This document shows, piece by piece, positions 27,393 to 37,392 of a stretch of DNA of 64,000 bases (positions are counted from its first letter, which is position 1; every line of letters begins with the position of its first letter). The notes under the pieces are model-generated. The model had not been told where the DNA came from. It ran no database searches and saw only the letters and a list, made by a program, of their open reading frames with translations. This DNA comes from Candidatus Bipolaricaulota bacterium (GTDB lineage: Bacteria > Bipolaricaulota > Bipolaricaulia > RBG-16-55-9 > DRXL01), in NCBI GenBank assembly GCA_030550495.1, contig JAUQPG010000004.1:2476-66475 (forward strand), read 5' to 3'. The translations under genes were made by a program, and so were the position numbers.

Positions 27393-29087
27393 ATGTGGCG
27401 TGGGTGTGTCTGTGGGCTTCTCGCGGCGGCCTTGGCGGGCGCTTCCGGGCTCGCCCAGCTCAAGATTGAGAATATCGAGCTGGGGTTCAATGGGCGCTTC
27501 TTCCCAGGCACATTTACCCCTATTGCTGTTACACTTAGCTCTGCCGCGACGGCTCAGAACTTCACTCTGGAAGTCTCCCAGGAGATCCGGGAGTTCACGG
27601 AGCGCCGCGCCGTAGAACGATTACGAGTGCCGGTCAGCCTTGCTGCGGGGGCGCGTAAAGTCATCTCGTTCGATTTCCCCATCTATAGTGTGAGCACGCC
27701 GCTCCAGCTTAGGCTCATGAACGGCCCTCAGGAGCTTGCTCGCTCTACGATAGAGGTGCGCGAGCTGTGGAGCGAGACCCCGTTGGTCTTGGGGGTCGCA
27801 GTCGCTCCGAGGCCCTCTCTAGGACTGATAGACGTAGAGAAGCTTCCCAAGCGCTGGTCGAGCTACGATGGCGTAAGACGCATCTTGTGGGGGCGAGCCG
27901 ATCCCGCGCGTCTCAGTACAGAGCAGCGCCGAGCGTTGCAAGGCTGGCTGGTGCGCGGAGGCGAGCTCGTCATTCTCTCTGGGGCTAATTGGTACGAGCA
28001 ATTCTCTCCCCAAGCGTGGTGGGCCCAGCTCTTGCCCATCACGGGCGGGCGCGTCGTGCGCTCTGAGTTCAACGGTCAGGAAGTCCTGTGGCTTGAAGGC
28101 GATCTGCGTGCAGGAGCGCGGGTGACGCTCACCTATCAGGGACGCCCCCTTGCGTGGGAGCGCCCTATAGGGAACGGTACGGTTGTGCTTGTCGCTATAG
28201 CGACTTTACCGGAAGATCTAGAACTTTCTGAGCTATCTAGCCGTCAGACCGTAGAAGACGATCTCGTGATCGTCAGGGCACTTGGAGCGCTGCCAGTGCC
28301 TTTCCCCTCACGGGAGCTCATTGGGGTGCTCTTGATACTCTTTGTGCTTGGGGTAGGGCTCAGCGGGATGTTCGTAGAGCGGTGGAAGAAGCTGCCCCTT
28401 GGAGTTGGCTTGCTCGCTCTTATCTTATCGGGCGTGCTTTTCAGTTACCAGCGCAGCCCGGAGTTCTCGAGTGAGAAATACTCGCTTGATATTGGAGTCA
28501 TACAGAGCTGGTCTGGTGGGGCAGTAGCGTGGGAACGCAGCTGGTATGGGGTCTTCTTCCGTCGCTCTCGTGAGGAACAGCTTCTAGGGTCTGCCGAGAT
28601 GGTGAGCACGCTGAAGCCATCGCGTCAAGCTCTGCGCTCTGAAGGAGAGACTGTGAGGGAGCTTGCCCTGAGTGGGGACTGGCAGCTCCGTTTTTATGGC
28701 GAGCGCGACTCCGTCAGCTTTTTCAAAACAGAGCGTCTCATGGAGCCCTTTGTCCACTTCTCGCTCAATGATTCTAGACTTTGGGTGTCTAACCGAGCCT
28801 CTGTGGCATTGCAGGACGTGATCGCGTATAGTGGGGATGCGCTCTATCAGCTAGGGACGATCCCAGCTCAGACGGAGCTCGTGCGCCCGCTAACGGAGCG
28901 CGTCAGCAAGACTGAATGGGTAAATACTCTCACATCGGAGCGTCGGAGGATATGGCAACAATGGGGGAATATATCGAGCCGGACGGGACTCATCGGGTGG
29001 ATAGAAGACATAAATATTTCGTCTCTTCGTCTCGCTCTTGGTGAGAGTAGGACGGTCTTACGGCTCGTGCTTGTTGAGGGAGATTGA
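27393..29087 (+). CDS. Hypothetical exported/membrane protein (signal peptide plus internal TM helices)
   Basis: 564 aa beginning MWRGCVCGLLAAALAGASGLAQ, with hydrophobic segments near residues 305-350. No recognisable domain. Translationally coupled to the next gene (ATGA). Confidence 0.65.
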   Translation: MWRGCVCGLLAAALAGASGLAQLKIENIELGFNGRFFPGTFTPIAVTLSSAATAQNFTLEVSQEIREFTERRAVERLRVPVSLAAGARKVISFDFPIYSVSTPLQLRLMNGPQELARSTIEVRELWSETPLVLGVAVAPRPSLGLIDVEKLPKRWSSYDGVRRILWGRADPARLSTEQRRALQGWLVRGGELVILSGANWYEQFSPQAWWAQLLPITGGRVVRSEFNGQEVLWLEGDLRAGARVTLTYQGRPLAWERPIGNGTVVLVAIATLPEDLELSELSSRQTVEDDLVIVRALGALPVPFPSRELIGVLLILFVLGVGLSGMFVERWKKLPLGVGLLALILSGVLFSYQRSPEFSSEKYSLDIGVIQSWSGGAVAWERSWYGVFFRRSREEQLLGSAEMVSTLKPSRQALRSEGETVRELALSGDWQLRFYGERDSVSFFKTERLMEPFVHFSLNDSRLWVSNRASVALQDVIAYSGDALYQLGTIPAQTELVRPLTERVSKTEWVNTLTSERRRIWQQWGNISSRTGLIGWIEDINISSLRLALGESRTVLRLVLVEGD

Positions 29088-29746
29088 GTATGCGCGCTGT
29101 GCTGAGTTTAAACAGATCATGGTCAACGTATGTGAGCTATCTAATCTTGACTGGGATTCCATTGTTGCTGGTGTTGCCGTCGCCGGCTCGAGTCGATGCG
29201 CTTATCGAGCCTCGCTTGAATCTAGCTACTGGCTTTATGATCATCGCTACGGCGCTCTTTGCCGTGTACTCATTCAACTTTGGGCTAGCCCACGCACGGC
29301 TCGATCTTCCCCCCACAGAGATCCGTATCAATCTGTTCGCTCATGTTCTCTTTTTGGTGGTGCTGAGTCTGCCCTATTGGACGGTCTTTGCTGGTATCAC
29401 TGGGCACGGACTAGGCCGTCTCTGTGGGGCTTTGGGATATTTAGGGCTCTATGGGGCATGTTGGGCCGTGCTGGGCGTGCCCATTGGGCGGCGCTGGCCC
29501 ACAGAGATCGCCCAGTTTCATATGAAATACGCGTTGCTCATTGTGGGCATGGGTGTGACGTTCTTCGTGCTCAGGCCTCTGAACCCGTTCTTGATGCTCT
29601 CGCTGTGGTTTGGCGAGGGCGCGCTGCGCGAGCAAGTGGGATTCTTGATCATGGGCTACTTATCGCTAATAGCAGCGTTAGGTGCCCTCTCCTGGTGGGG
29701 AATTCAAGGAGGAAAGAATGCACTCGTTCGAGACGATACGCGTTAG
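29084..29746 (+). CDS. Hypothetical polytopic membrane protein
   Basis: 220 aa with 5-6 predicted TM helices. Its start overlaps the stop of the upstream gene. Confidence 0.6.
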   Translation: MSMRAVLSLNRSWSTYVSYLILTGIPLLLVLPSPARVDALIEPRLNLATGFMIIATALFAVYSFNFGLAHARLDLPPTEIRINLFAHVLFLVVLSLPYWTVFAGITGHGLGRLCGALGYLGLYGACWAVLGVPIGRRWPTEIAQFHMKYALLIVGMGVTFFVLRPLNPFLMLSLWFGEGALREQVGFLIMGYLSLIAALGALSWWGIQGGKNALVRDDTR

Positions 29747-31295
29747 CTTAGAGCGTCGCAAGCGCTTGGTACAAGGGAGCGCGCTGGCGAGCTGGGCTCT
29801 GCTGGGCAGCTTCGGAATAACTGCGCTTATGCTGCTAGGGAGTACCCTTGGGATTTGGGGTGCTCTCCCGTTATCTGCTTGGGTGATCGGGAATCTCTTA
29901 GTTGGCGCGCTCGCGTTTATGGTGGGATGGCTGCGACCGATTAATACTATAGAATTGCTCTTTCGTGCGGATCGCCAGTGGCGCACGAACGAGAGACTCG
30001 TAACGCTCTATGAGCTCAGTCTGGGCTATGGCCCTCAAGAGTTTCTCCCGTTGCTGGAGCGCCAGCTCAATCGGCTCTCTGTGAACGCAGCTCAAGCTCT
30101 GCCTTGCACATCACGGGACAAGTGGCGCTGGGTGGTCGTCGTGATTTTAGCGCTCGTCTGCGTGAGCCTGACAAGCTTCGTTCAGTTAGGGGCGCTCTTT
30201 GTGCGCACCGAGCCAGATCGCTCAGGGGCGACTGCTCAAGCAAGCCGAGAGTCTCAGCGGGCATCGCAGCTGCTAGAATGGTTGCAGACGCCCTCCGCAG
30301 AGCTTGCTCAAAAGCTTTTGTCAGTGCGAGAGCGCCTTGAGCAAGCCCGTGCTGCACTCGCGCTCAATCCTAATGATCCGCGCGCTCGCGCGGCGCTCCA
30401 GCAGCTTCACGCTGAGCTCATCCAAGAACAGCAGCGCCTTGCGCCTCCACTGCCTTCGGCTGAAGAAGAGCAACCGAAGAGATCACGCCCTGAGTCCTCT
30501 CTTGTCGAAGGCTCTCCGGGCGAGCCGCGTCCTCCTCAGCGAGGCACCTCTGAGGCGCTAGCGCTCAATCAGCTCTTGCAGAGCTTGCGCAGCGTCTCTG
30601 AGCAAGCGCAGAGTCTCTCCCCAGAAGAGCTACAAAAGCTCTTGGAGCAGCTCCGCGAAACGAATCCCGATGCTGCGGCCCTCGCCGAGCACCTCTTACA
30701 GATGACGCAAACCCCTGAAGAGTTTCGCGAGCGCCTCGAAGAGATCTTGCGCAAGCTTGAAGCGCGCCAAGCTCTTCGAGAACAATTAGAGAATCTGCAG
30801 CGTGAGCTTGAGTCAGCTCTCATGCCATCTGAGCCGCAAGTCGAGCGCGAAGAATCTCCCACGGGCTTCCCTAGCGCGATGACCCCACGTGAAGAAAGCT
30901 CTCCCCAAGCCCAGCAAGAGGGCCAGCAGGGCTTAGCTTCCGAAGCTCACGGGATTCAGTCACAAGAACGACAAGAAGAGGGGCAGACGTCAGCCGGAGC
31001 AGGGCGCGGTACAGCCCCGCTCGACCCGGAAGCTGCTCAAGATCTGCCTGATCTCTCCCAGTTGCGTGAACGCTCGCGCGAGCTCTCCGTTCCAGGCTCC
31101 CAACAAGACGATCTCGAAATTCTCTTTGAGATCGTCACTATGGAGCTGCCTCAAGGGAGTGAGACCCCTTGGAGTACTACTCCTGTGCAGATCGACTACG
31201 GCAAAGTCGAAGCCCTGCTCGATATGCTCGAAATCCCTGAAGAACTCCGCGACGCAGTGCGCCAGTATTTTCTGAGTCTCAGCCGTCAACGCTAA
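29718..31295 (+). CDS. Hypothetical membrane-anchored protein with a long Q/E/L/A-rich coiled-coil region
   Basis: AAGGAGG RBS 7 nt before ATG 29718. Two N-terminal TM helices, then low-complexity and coiled-coil sequence. Confidence 0.6.
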   Translation: MHSFETIRVSLERRKRLVQGSALASWALLGSFGITALMLLGSTLGIWGALPLSAWVIGNLLVGALAFMVGWLRPINTIELLFRADRQWRTNERLVTLYELSLGYGPQEFLPLLERQLNRLSVNAAQALPCTSRDKWRWVVVVILALVCVSLTSFVQLGALFVRTEPDRSGATAQASRESQRASQLLEWLQTPSAELAQKLLSVRERLEQARAALALNPNDPRARAALQQLHAELIQEQQRLAPPLPSAEEEQPKRSRPESSLVEGSPGEPRPPQRGTSEALALNQLLQSLRSVSEQAQSLSPEELQKLLEQLRETNPDAAALAEHLLQMTQTPEEFRERLEEILRKLEARQALREQLENLQRELESALMPSEPQVEREESPTGFPSAMTPREESSPQAQQEGQQGLASEAHGIQSQERQEEGQTSAGAGRGTAPLDPEAAQDLPDLSQLRERSRELSVPGSQQDDLEILFEIVTMELPQGSETPWSTTPVQIDYGKVEALLDMLEIPEELRDAVRQYFLSLSRQR

Positions 31296-31304
31296 AGGAG
31301 AGTT

Positions 31305-32291
31305 ATGATCACTGAGAAGAGAATTCGCGAGCTGCAAGAGAAGTTCCATGAACTCATAGCAGAGATTCGTTCTGTCATCATTGGTCACGAAGAAGTTATC
31401 AAGCACGTGCTGATTGGATTGCTCTGTGGGCAGCACTTGTTGTTGGAGGGTGTACCGGGGCTGGGCAAGACGCTGTTGGTGCGCACCCTAGGAAGAGCTT
31501 TGGGTTTAAAATTTGCGCGCATTCAGTTTACCCCAGACTTGATGCCCGCGGACATCATCGGCACGCGCATTCTCGTCGAGGACGAGTCAGGCCGACGCCA
31601 TTTTGAGTTTGCTCGCGGCCCGGTCTTCGCGCATCTGGTCCTGGCTGACGAGATCAACCGTGCGACCCCTAAGACGCAGTCAGCGCTCTTGGAAGCTATG
31701 CAGGAACGTAGCATCACTGTGAGCGGGGAGACGTACAAGCTCGAAGAGCCGTTCATGGTCTTAGCGACGCAAAACCCCATTGAGATGGAAGGGACCTACC
31801 CATTGCCGGAGGCCCAGATCGATAGATTCTTTTTTAAGATTCTCTTGCGCTATCCGTCGCTGGGCGAACTCGAAGAGATTCTCCGGCGTCACGGGGGCGG
31901 CCAAGAATCTCAGGCTGTGAGACAAGTCTTGACACGTGAAGAGCTCTTAGAAGTGCAGCAGCTTGTGGCACAATGGCCTACGGCATCGCCACTGCGACGC
32001 TACGCGGCGCGGCTTGTCTACGCGACGCAGCCGTCTTCCCCAGACGCACCAGAGCTCGTCAAAAAGTACGTGGAATACGGGGCGAGTCCGCGTGCGGCGC
32101 TTGCGCTCATCTGGGGCGCTAAAGCTCATGCATTTCTCTCGGGAGAGCTCAACACGCGCATTGCCGACATCCAAGCCGTCTTCTATCCTAGTTTGATTCA
32201 TCGGATCATTCGGAATTTCCGCGGGGAAGCCGAGGGCATCCCCGTCGAGCAGATTCTGCAGCAGGTCTATGAGCAGATCCAGCCTACGTAA
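31305..32291 (+). CDS. MoxR-family AAA+ ATPase
   Basis: Walker A GVPGLGKT, Walker B LADEINRA and ...VLATQNP. Confidence 0.93.
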   Translation: MITEKRIRELQEKFHELIAEIRSVIIGHEEVIKHVLIGLLCGQHLLLEGVPGLGKTLLVRTLGRALGLKFARIQFTPDLMPADIIGTRILVEDESGRRHFEFARGPVFAHLVLADEINRATPKTQSALLEAMQERSITVSGETYKLEEPFMVLATQNPIEMEGTYPLPEAQIDRFFFKILLRYPSLGELEEILRRHGGGQESQAVRQVLTREELLEVQQLVAQWPTASPLRRYAARLVYATQPSSPDAPELVKKYVEYGASPRAALALIWGAKAHAFLSGELNTRIADIQAVFYPSLIHRIIRNFRGEAEGIPVEQILQQVYEQIQPT

Positions 32292-33141
32292 GCGCGACGA
32301 ATCTTTCTGGAAGCGACTCTCCGCGCTGCAGCTTCTGGTGCGCCACCGGGCGGAGGGCCAAGCCGGCCCGTGGACGACCCGCCGCGTCGGCATGAGCTTG
32401 GAGTTTGCGGAGTATCGCGAGTATTACCCCGGGGACGACTTTCGCTACGTCGATTGGAATCTCTATGGTCGGCTCGATCGGCTCTTTGTGAAAGTCTTCC
32501 ATCGGGAAGAGAACATCCCTGTTTATGTGCTCATCGATACGAGCCAGTCGATGTCCGTAGGGGAGAAGCTCTCCTACGCTGGGGAGCTCGCCGGAGCTCT
32601 CTCGTATATCGGGCTCAAAGATATGAACCGTGTAGGTGTCTTTGCGTTTGCGCGTGCTCTCGTCCAAGGGGTGCCAGCCCGCAGCGGCTTATCTCACCTC
32701 CAGAAGATCTTGAGCTTTCTCGAAGGACTCCAGCCGAACGATCGGACGTCCTTGAGCACAGCCCTAGAAGAGTTCAGCAAGCTTCCGGTGCGTCGGGGTT
32801 TAGTGGTTGTGTTGAGCGATATGCTCGATCCTGCAGGATACGAGCAAGGGCTCTTCCATCTGCTTATCAAGCGCCATGAGATAGCGTTGGTCCAAATCCT
32901 TGCCCCAGAAGATCTCGAGCCGCCAATACATGAGGCAGCACGACTCGTCGATAGCGAAGGGCTTGGGGAGTTCTCAGTATCGGCTGGGGCAGTAGCACGC
33001 TATCGCCAGAGATTGCTTCAGTATGAGCACGGCTTAGAGACGTTCTGCCGCACGCATCAGATTCGGCATAAGGTGCTTTCAGCGGCGCGGCCGCTGGAGC
33101 GCGCCCTTTTTGAAGACTTGCGCGGGGTGCTCTTCGTATGA
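32269..33141 (+). CDS. DUF58-domain protein (MoxR-associated VWA-like)
   Basis: ...RRVGMSLEFAEYREYYPGDDFRYVDW...VLIDTSQSM... Overlaps the MoxR stop by 23 nt. An alternative start is ATG 32392. Confidence 0.85.
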   Translation: MSRSSLRKRDESFWKRLSALQLLVRHRAEGQAGPWTTRRVGMSLEFAEYREYYPGDDFRYVDWNLYGRLDRLFVKVFHREENIPVYVLIDTSQSMSVGEKLSYAGELAGALSYIGLKDMNRVGVFAFARALVQGVPARSGLSHLQKILSFLEGLQPNDRTSLSTALEEFSKLPVRRGLVVVLSDMLDPAGYEQGLFHLLIKRHEIALVQILAPEDLEPPIHEAARLVDSEGLGEFSVSAGAVARYRQRLLQYEHGLETFCRTHQIRHKVLSAARPLERALFEDLRGVLFV

Positions 33142-34808
33142 TCTTTCTCAGTGCGTGGGCGTTTGGACTCTTGGGGGTAGCAAGCGTGATCGCTCTCTTA
33201 TACTTCCTGCGACGACGTGAGGAACGCCTGGTCGTCTCGGCCATCTGGCTCTGGGAAGAAGAGCACGAACGCCCGCGCAGCGCCTTGACGCTCTTATGGA
33301 CGAAGATCTGGTTATTGCTCGTGCAATTAGCAGCTCTCGCGGCGCTCGTCTTCAGCCTCGCGGAACCGACTCTGACTCGAGAATTTATCGGAGGCGGCAC
33401 GCTCGCGCTCATCATTGACGGCAGTGCGAGTATGCAAACAGCTGAGCAGGGAAAGACACGCTATGAGCTTGCGATCGCGCGCGCTGCGGAGCTGATCGAG
33501 CAACGACGTCCCAATCGATTGACAATCATCCAAGCGCAGCAGAGCCCGAAGCTCCTTGTGCCCCTGACTGAAGACCGACCGCGTGCTCTCTTCACTTTGA
33601 AAGCTTCTCAACCGACACTCCAGGGCGACGCAAAGCCCTCTGATATTCTTGAGCTCGTGCGCAGCCAAGGCGGGCTTGAAAACTTTCACGAAGTGATCTA
33701 TATAAGCGATCACGCGCCGGCGCTGCCCATACCGTGGGTCTCCGTAGGCGAGCCTAGGAAGAATCTCGCGATCACGGGTTTTGCTGCTCGCCCGGTGCCT
33801 GATGGGACGTCTCAAGCTATAGTGTGGGCTCGCGTCCAGAATTTTTCATCAGAGGCGCTCGAAGGGACTCTAAAGCTCTTTGCTGAAGAGACTGAGATCC
33901 ACCAAGAGCGCATATCTCTTGGCCCTGGAGAGCAGCGCTCGGTCGAAGCGCTTGCGCCTTTATATACACGCTTCCGTGCTGTACTGGACGTCATCGACGA
34001 CTTCGCCTTCGATAACATTCGGTACTCGGTCATTCCGAGGCGTCCGCAGTTAAAGATTCTCTGGCTTGGGGAGCGCAATTTCTTTCTGATGCGCGCGCTC
34101 AGCACATTCGCTGAAGTGTCTATACAAACAGACGAGACAGCAAGCTATGATCTCGTTATTGCTCATAACACAGCGATACGCCCTGTCGGTGCGGTGTTAT
34201 TGATTAACAGCGTTGCGGAGCCTTGGGTGGTGCGCGCGGGGAGCATCAGCGAGCCTGGCTCACTTCAAGTATTGGTTCCCGGCCACCCACTCGTGCAGCA
34301 TGTGCGCGGGGAGCACCTACGCCCAACAACGCTCTCCGGTGCTCAGCTTGCTCCAGGTGTACAGACACTTATTGCGTCAGGGGATCAGCCCATCTTAGCA
34401 GCGTACAGATCGCAGGGCTTACGTTTCGTCTATCTAGGTGTTGACTTAAAAAGCTCTCCCTTGGTGCTTACTCCAAGCTTTCCCATTCTCATACGCAATA
34501 GTATTTATTGGCTTATTCCTGAGCTAGGGTTGCCATCGGAGCGGTTCGTATCAGACGAGTTTGCTACGCTGGGTTTTGCTGATCAGACGGCAATCAATCT
34601 AGACCCAACCGAGTCTGAGATCAATCGTCTTGGCTCTCCGAGTTTCGTCCCACAAGAAAGCCCAACAAGAGAGACAAAAAGCCAAATTTATACACCCATC
34701 TGGTATCTTGGGGCATGGGCAGCGTTCGTGGCGCTTGCTGGGGAATTGCTCTGGTACTATTGGGGTGTGTTCCGTCGCCGGAGGTGGAGCTATGAGCGTG
34801 CTCCTTGA
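33138..34808 (+). CDS. BatA-like protein: N-terminal double-TM anchor, a VWA domain (DGSASM MIDAS motif), a large middle region and a C-terminal TM helix
   Basis: MIFLSAWAFGLLGVASVIALLYFLRRRE... then LALIIDGSASMQ, with a C-terminal hydrophobic helix. Confidence 0.8.
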   Translation: MIFLSAWAFGLLGVASVIALLYFLRRREERLVVSAIWLWEEEHERPRSALTLLWTKIWLLLVQLAALAALVFSLAEPTLTREFIGGGTLALIIDGSASMQTAEQGKTRYELAIARAAELIEQRRPNRLTIIQAQQSPKLLVPLTEDRPRALFTLKASQPTLQGDAKPSDILELVRSQGGLENFHEVIYISDHAPALPIPWVSVGEPRKNLAITGFAARPVPDGTSQAIVWARVQNFSSEALEGTLKLFAEETEIHQERISLGPGEQRSVEALAPLYTRFRAVLDVIDDFAFDNIRYSVIPRRPQLKILWLGERNFFLMRALSTFAEVSIQTDETASYDLVIAHNTAIRPVGAVLLINSVAEPWVVRAGSISEPGSLQVLVPGHPLVQHVRGEHLRPTTLSGAQLAPGVQTLIASGDQPILAAYRSQGLRFVYLGVDLKSSPLVLTPSFPILIRNSIYWLIPELGLPSERFVSDEFATLGFADQTAINLDPTESEINRLGSPSFVPQESPTRETKSQIYTPIWYLGAWAAFVALAGELLWYYWGVFRRRRWSYERAP

Positions 34809-37332
34809 CGCGCCTTGGGCTCTGCTAGGGATCGTCGTGATCGTTCTTGGAGTCTGGGCGACGCGGAAGCGCTGGCGCAATCTCCCAAGAGGAGATCAGG
34901 TAGCTCTGCTTGCACGCGCCGGGGCGCTCGCCTTGCTCTGTCTTGCTCTCGCTGGCCCACGCTTCGCTTCTGGCGCTTCCGAACGATTTATCTATTTCGT
35001 GGTCGACCGCTCGGCCAGCGTGGGCGCAGAGCCTTCGGAGCTCTTACAAATCGTACAGGCGCTGGCTCAGCCTGCTGAGGGAGTCTCCTACGGGCTTATC
35101 AGCTTTGGTGCGGAGCCGTTAATCGAGACGAGCTTTGCCCCAACGCTCTCTCTGACCGAATTCCAAACGGAGCCTAACGCAACCGCGACGGACATCGCCA
35201 GCGCGATACGCTTAGCTTTAGAGACCTTGCCGCGCACCGGTCGCCGGGAGATCGTTCTGTTTACAGACGGGCAGATGACTTCTGGGGAGATCTATTCTGT
35301 CTTGGCGCGCGCGCGTCGTGAGGGCGTCCCCATTCACGTCTGGCCCCTCGGAGGAGATTTCTTAGAAGTCTGGCTCTATGATCTGCAGGTGCCCGCGGAA
35401 GTCCCTGTAGGAGTGCCCTTCTCCTTGCGTGTGGAAGTCGGCGCGACCACGCGCGGGACCGGCACAATACTTCTGTACCGAAACGGCGAGCTTATCCACA
35501 CGGTCTCTATCGAATATGCTCCTGGCATCCAAGAAGTGCGCTTGACAGATCAGCTTGAGACGCCAGGCGCTTTTGCGTACAGAGTGTATCTGAAAGCTGA
35601 TAGTGATCGGCTTAGGGAAAACAACGAGCTCTATGGGGTGACGATAGTCCCTGGCGGGCCGCAGGTGCTCATCGTAGAGCGCTCTGGGGGCGAGAGCACG
35701 GTAGCTCGCCTAGTCCGCAGCAGCGGGCTCTCTTTCGAGCAACGTGAGCTCTCTGAACTGACAGCGCTCCCGCTGGCAGAGTATAAAGTTATTATTCTCA
35801 ACAATATCCCGATGGGGCAGCTCACGAAGGAGCAGCGTCGGGCTCTGAAGAATTTCGTCGCTGATCTTGGGGGAGGGCTGTGGGTTATTCAAGGGCGTGA
35901 GGCCGTCGCGGGCTTAGAAGAGCAGACCGGCCCAGAGCTCGCTGACTTAGAAGAGCTCTTGCCCGTTTCGTATTTGGCCCCTGAGCCCTATCAGATTCCG
36001 GGGTTGGCTCTGGTCTTCGTGATGGACCGCTCAGGGAGCATGGGCGATCCCGCTGGCGGCGTCCCCAAGATAGAGATTCTCAAGCGCGCGGCTCTCCGGA
36101 GCTTGGACGTCCTTGATCCCGAAGACTGGGTTGGGCTCATCGCGTTTGATACTGACTTTGACTGGATCGTCCCGCTCAAGCCTCTTGGGGACCGGCGCGA
36201 TTTCCAAAGCAGCATCCAACGGCTGAACGCCAACGGCGGCACCGATCTCTATTTCGCCCTGAGATCGGCGTTTGAGACTTTAGAGAAGACGCCGGCGCGC
36301 GTCAAGCATATTTTAGTTTTCACCGACGGGCATAATAATACCAGACGCGAGCGCGAGTATCGCGAGCTCTATGAGCGTTTCCAAAAGAGCACCGTGCGTG
36401 TCTCCGCGCTGGGGATTGACCGGGCGCCTAACGAAGAGTTTCTCATGGAGCTGGCGACTGCCGGGCGCGGACGGTATCAACGCGTGCGCGAGTTTTCAGA
36501 TCTGCCCGTCTTTTCGCTGCGCGAGGTACGGCGCATCGCGCGGCTGCGCTGGATCGAAGGGCAGAGCCTTGTGCGCGCCCTCGCCCCTATGAAGGCAGAG
36601 GACTTCCCTCCCGTGCGCGGGTACGTGCTCACACATGAGCGCCCAGGGGCGCAAACAGTGCTTGTCGCTCTTCCCGACGAGAACCCGCTCTTGGCTTTTA
36701 AACGTTACGGCCTAGGACACGTTGCCGTGCTCAATACAGATCTTGAAGGTGATGGGGCGCCCGAATGGCTACGCTGGTCAGGGCTGAGTCAGCTCTTTGC
36801 AGAGAGTCTCGGGCAGCTCTATCGCCCCATCCCGCGTCAAGGAGAGCTCACAGTACAAACTGTCTTAGGCGATGAAAGCTTAGAGATCATTGCTGATATA
36901 CGCGAGCAAGATCGCTGGATCTCGGACGCAGAGCTATATGCCCAGCTGATCGGCCCAAGTCAAAGAGATATAGTGCTTTTGCCTGTAGCTCCAGGGCGCT
37001 ATCGCGCCCAACTTTTGCGCATTCCTCAAGGGCAGTATACTCTTCGTATAGAGGCTAAGCGCGCGGGCCAACTGCTCAGTGAAGTGATCAAACCCGTTGC
37101 TACTCCGTATGCCAAGGAGTATCGTCAGATTGGGCTCAACAGTGATCTCGTGAGCGAGATCACGCGTATCACGGGCGGGGAGGTCTTAGAACGGGCGGTT
37201 CTGCCGCCGCCGTCAGGCAAAGTGGCTCAAGAGACATATCGAGCACTGTGGCCCTGGCTGCTTCTGAGTGCATTAGGGCTCTTTCTCGTTGACTTAGCGC
37301 TGCGCAAGCTGTGGTGGCTCCTGGAGCGCTAA
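34792..37332 (+). CDS. BatB-like protein with two VWA domains, an N-terminal TM helix and a C-terminal TM helix
   Basis: VWA-1 has FIYFVVDRSASVG and VWA-2 has LVFVMDRSGSMGD...NGGTDLYFAL. GGAGGTGGAG RBS precedes ATG 34792. The ORF-track start at 34630 is an upstream extension. Confidence 0.8.
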   Translation: MSVLLDAPWALLGIVVIVLGVWATRKRWRNLPRGDQVALLARAGALALLCLALAGPRFASGASERFIYFVVDRSASVGAEPSELLQIVQALAQPAEGVSYGLISFGAEPLIETSFAPTLSLTEFQTEPNATATDIASAIRLALETLPRTGRREIVLFTDGQMTSGEIYSVLARARREGVPIHVWPLGGDFLEVWLYDLQVPAEVPVGVPFSLRVEVGATTRGTGTILLYRNGELIHTVSIEYAPGIQEVRLTDQLETPGAFAYRVYLKADSDRLRENNELYGVTIVPGGPQVLIVERSGGESTVARLVRSSGLSFEQRELSELTALPLAEYKVIILNNIPMGQLTKEQRRALKNFVADLGGGLWVIQGREAVAGLEEQTGPELADLEELLPVSYLAPEPYQIPGLALVFVMDRSGSMGDPAGGVPKIEILKRAALRSLDVLDPEDWVGLIAFDTDFDWIVPLKPLGDRRDFQSSIQRLNANGGTDLYFALRSAFETLEKTPARVKHILVFTDGHNNTRREREYRELYERFQKSTVRVSALGIDRAPNEEFLMELATAGRGRYQRVREFSDLPVFSLREVRRIARLRWIEGQSLVRALAPMKAEDFPPVRGYVLTHERPGAQTVLVALPDENPLLAFKRYGLGHVAVLNTDLEGDGAPEWLRWSGLSQLFAESLGQLYRPIPRQGELTVQTVLGDESLEIIADIREQDRWISDAELYAQLIGPSQRDIVLLPVAPGRYRAQLLRIPQGQYTLRIEAKRAGQLLSEVIKPVATPYAKEYRQIGLNSDLVSEITRITGGEVLERAVLPPPSGKVAQETYRALWPWLLLSALGLFLVDLALRKLWWLLER

Positions 37333-37392
37333 GATTTGTGTCGTTCTGCAAGTTCTGCTATGATATTACCCACTCTGCGTGGAGGTGGTCTG

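Noticed and set aside
30569-30862. 97-aa minus-strand Ser/Arg-rich ORF
   Set aside because: Antisense to the low-complexity coiled-coil gene, reflecting its codon repetitiveness.
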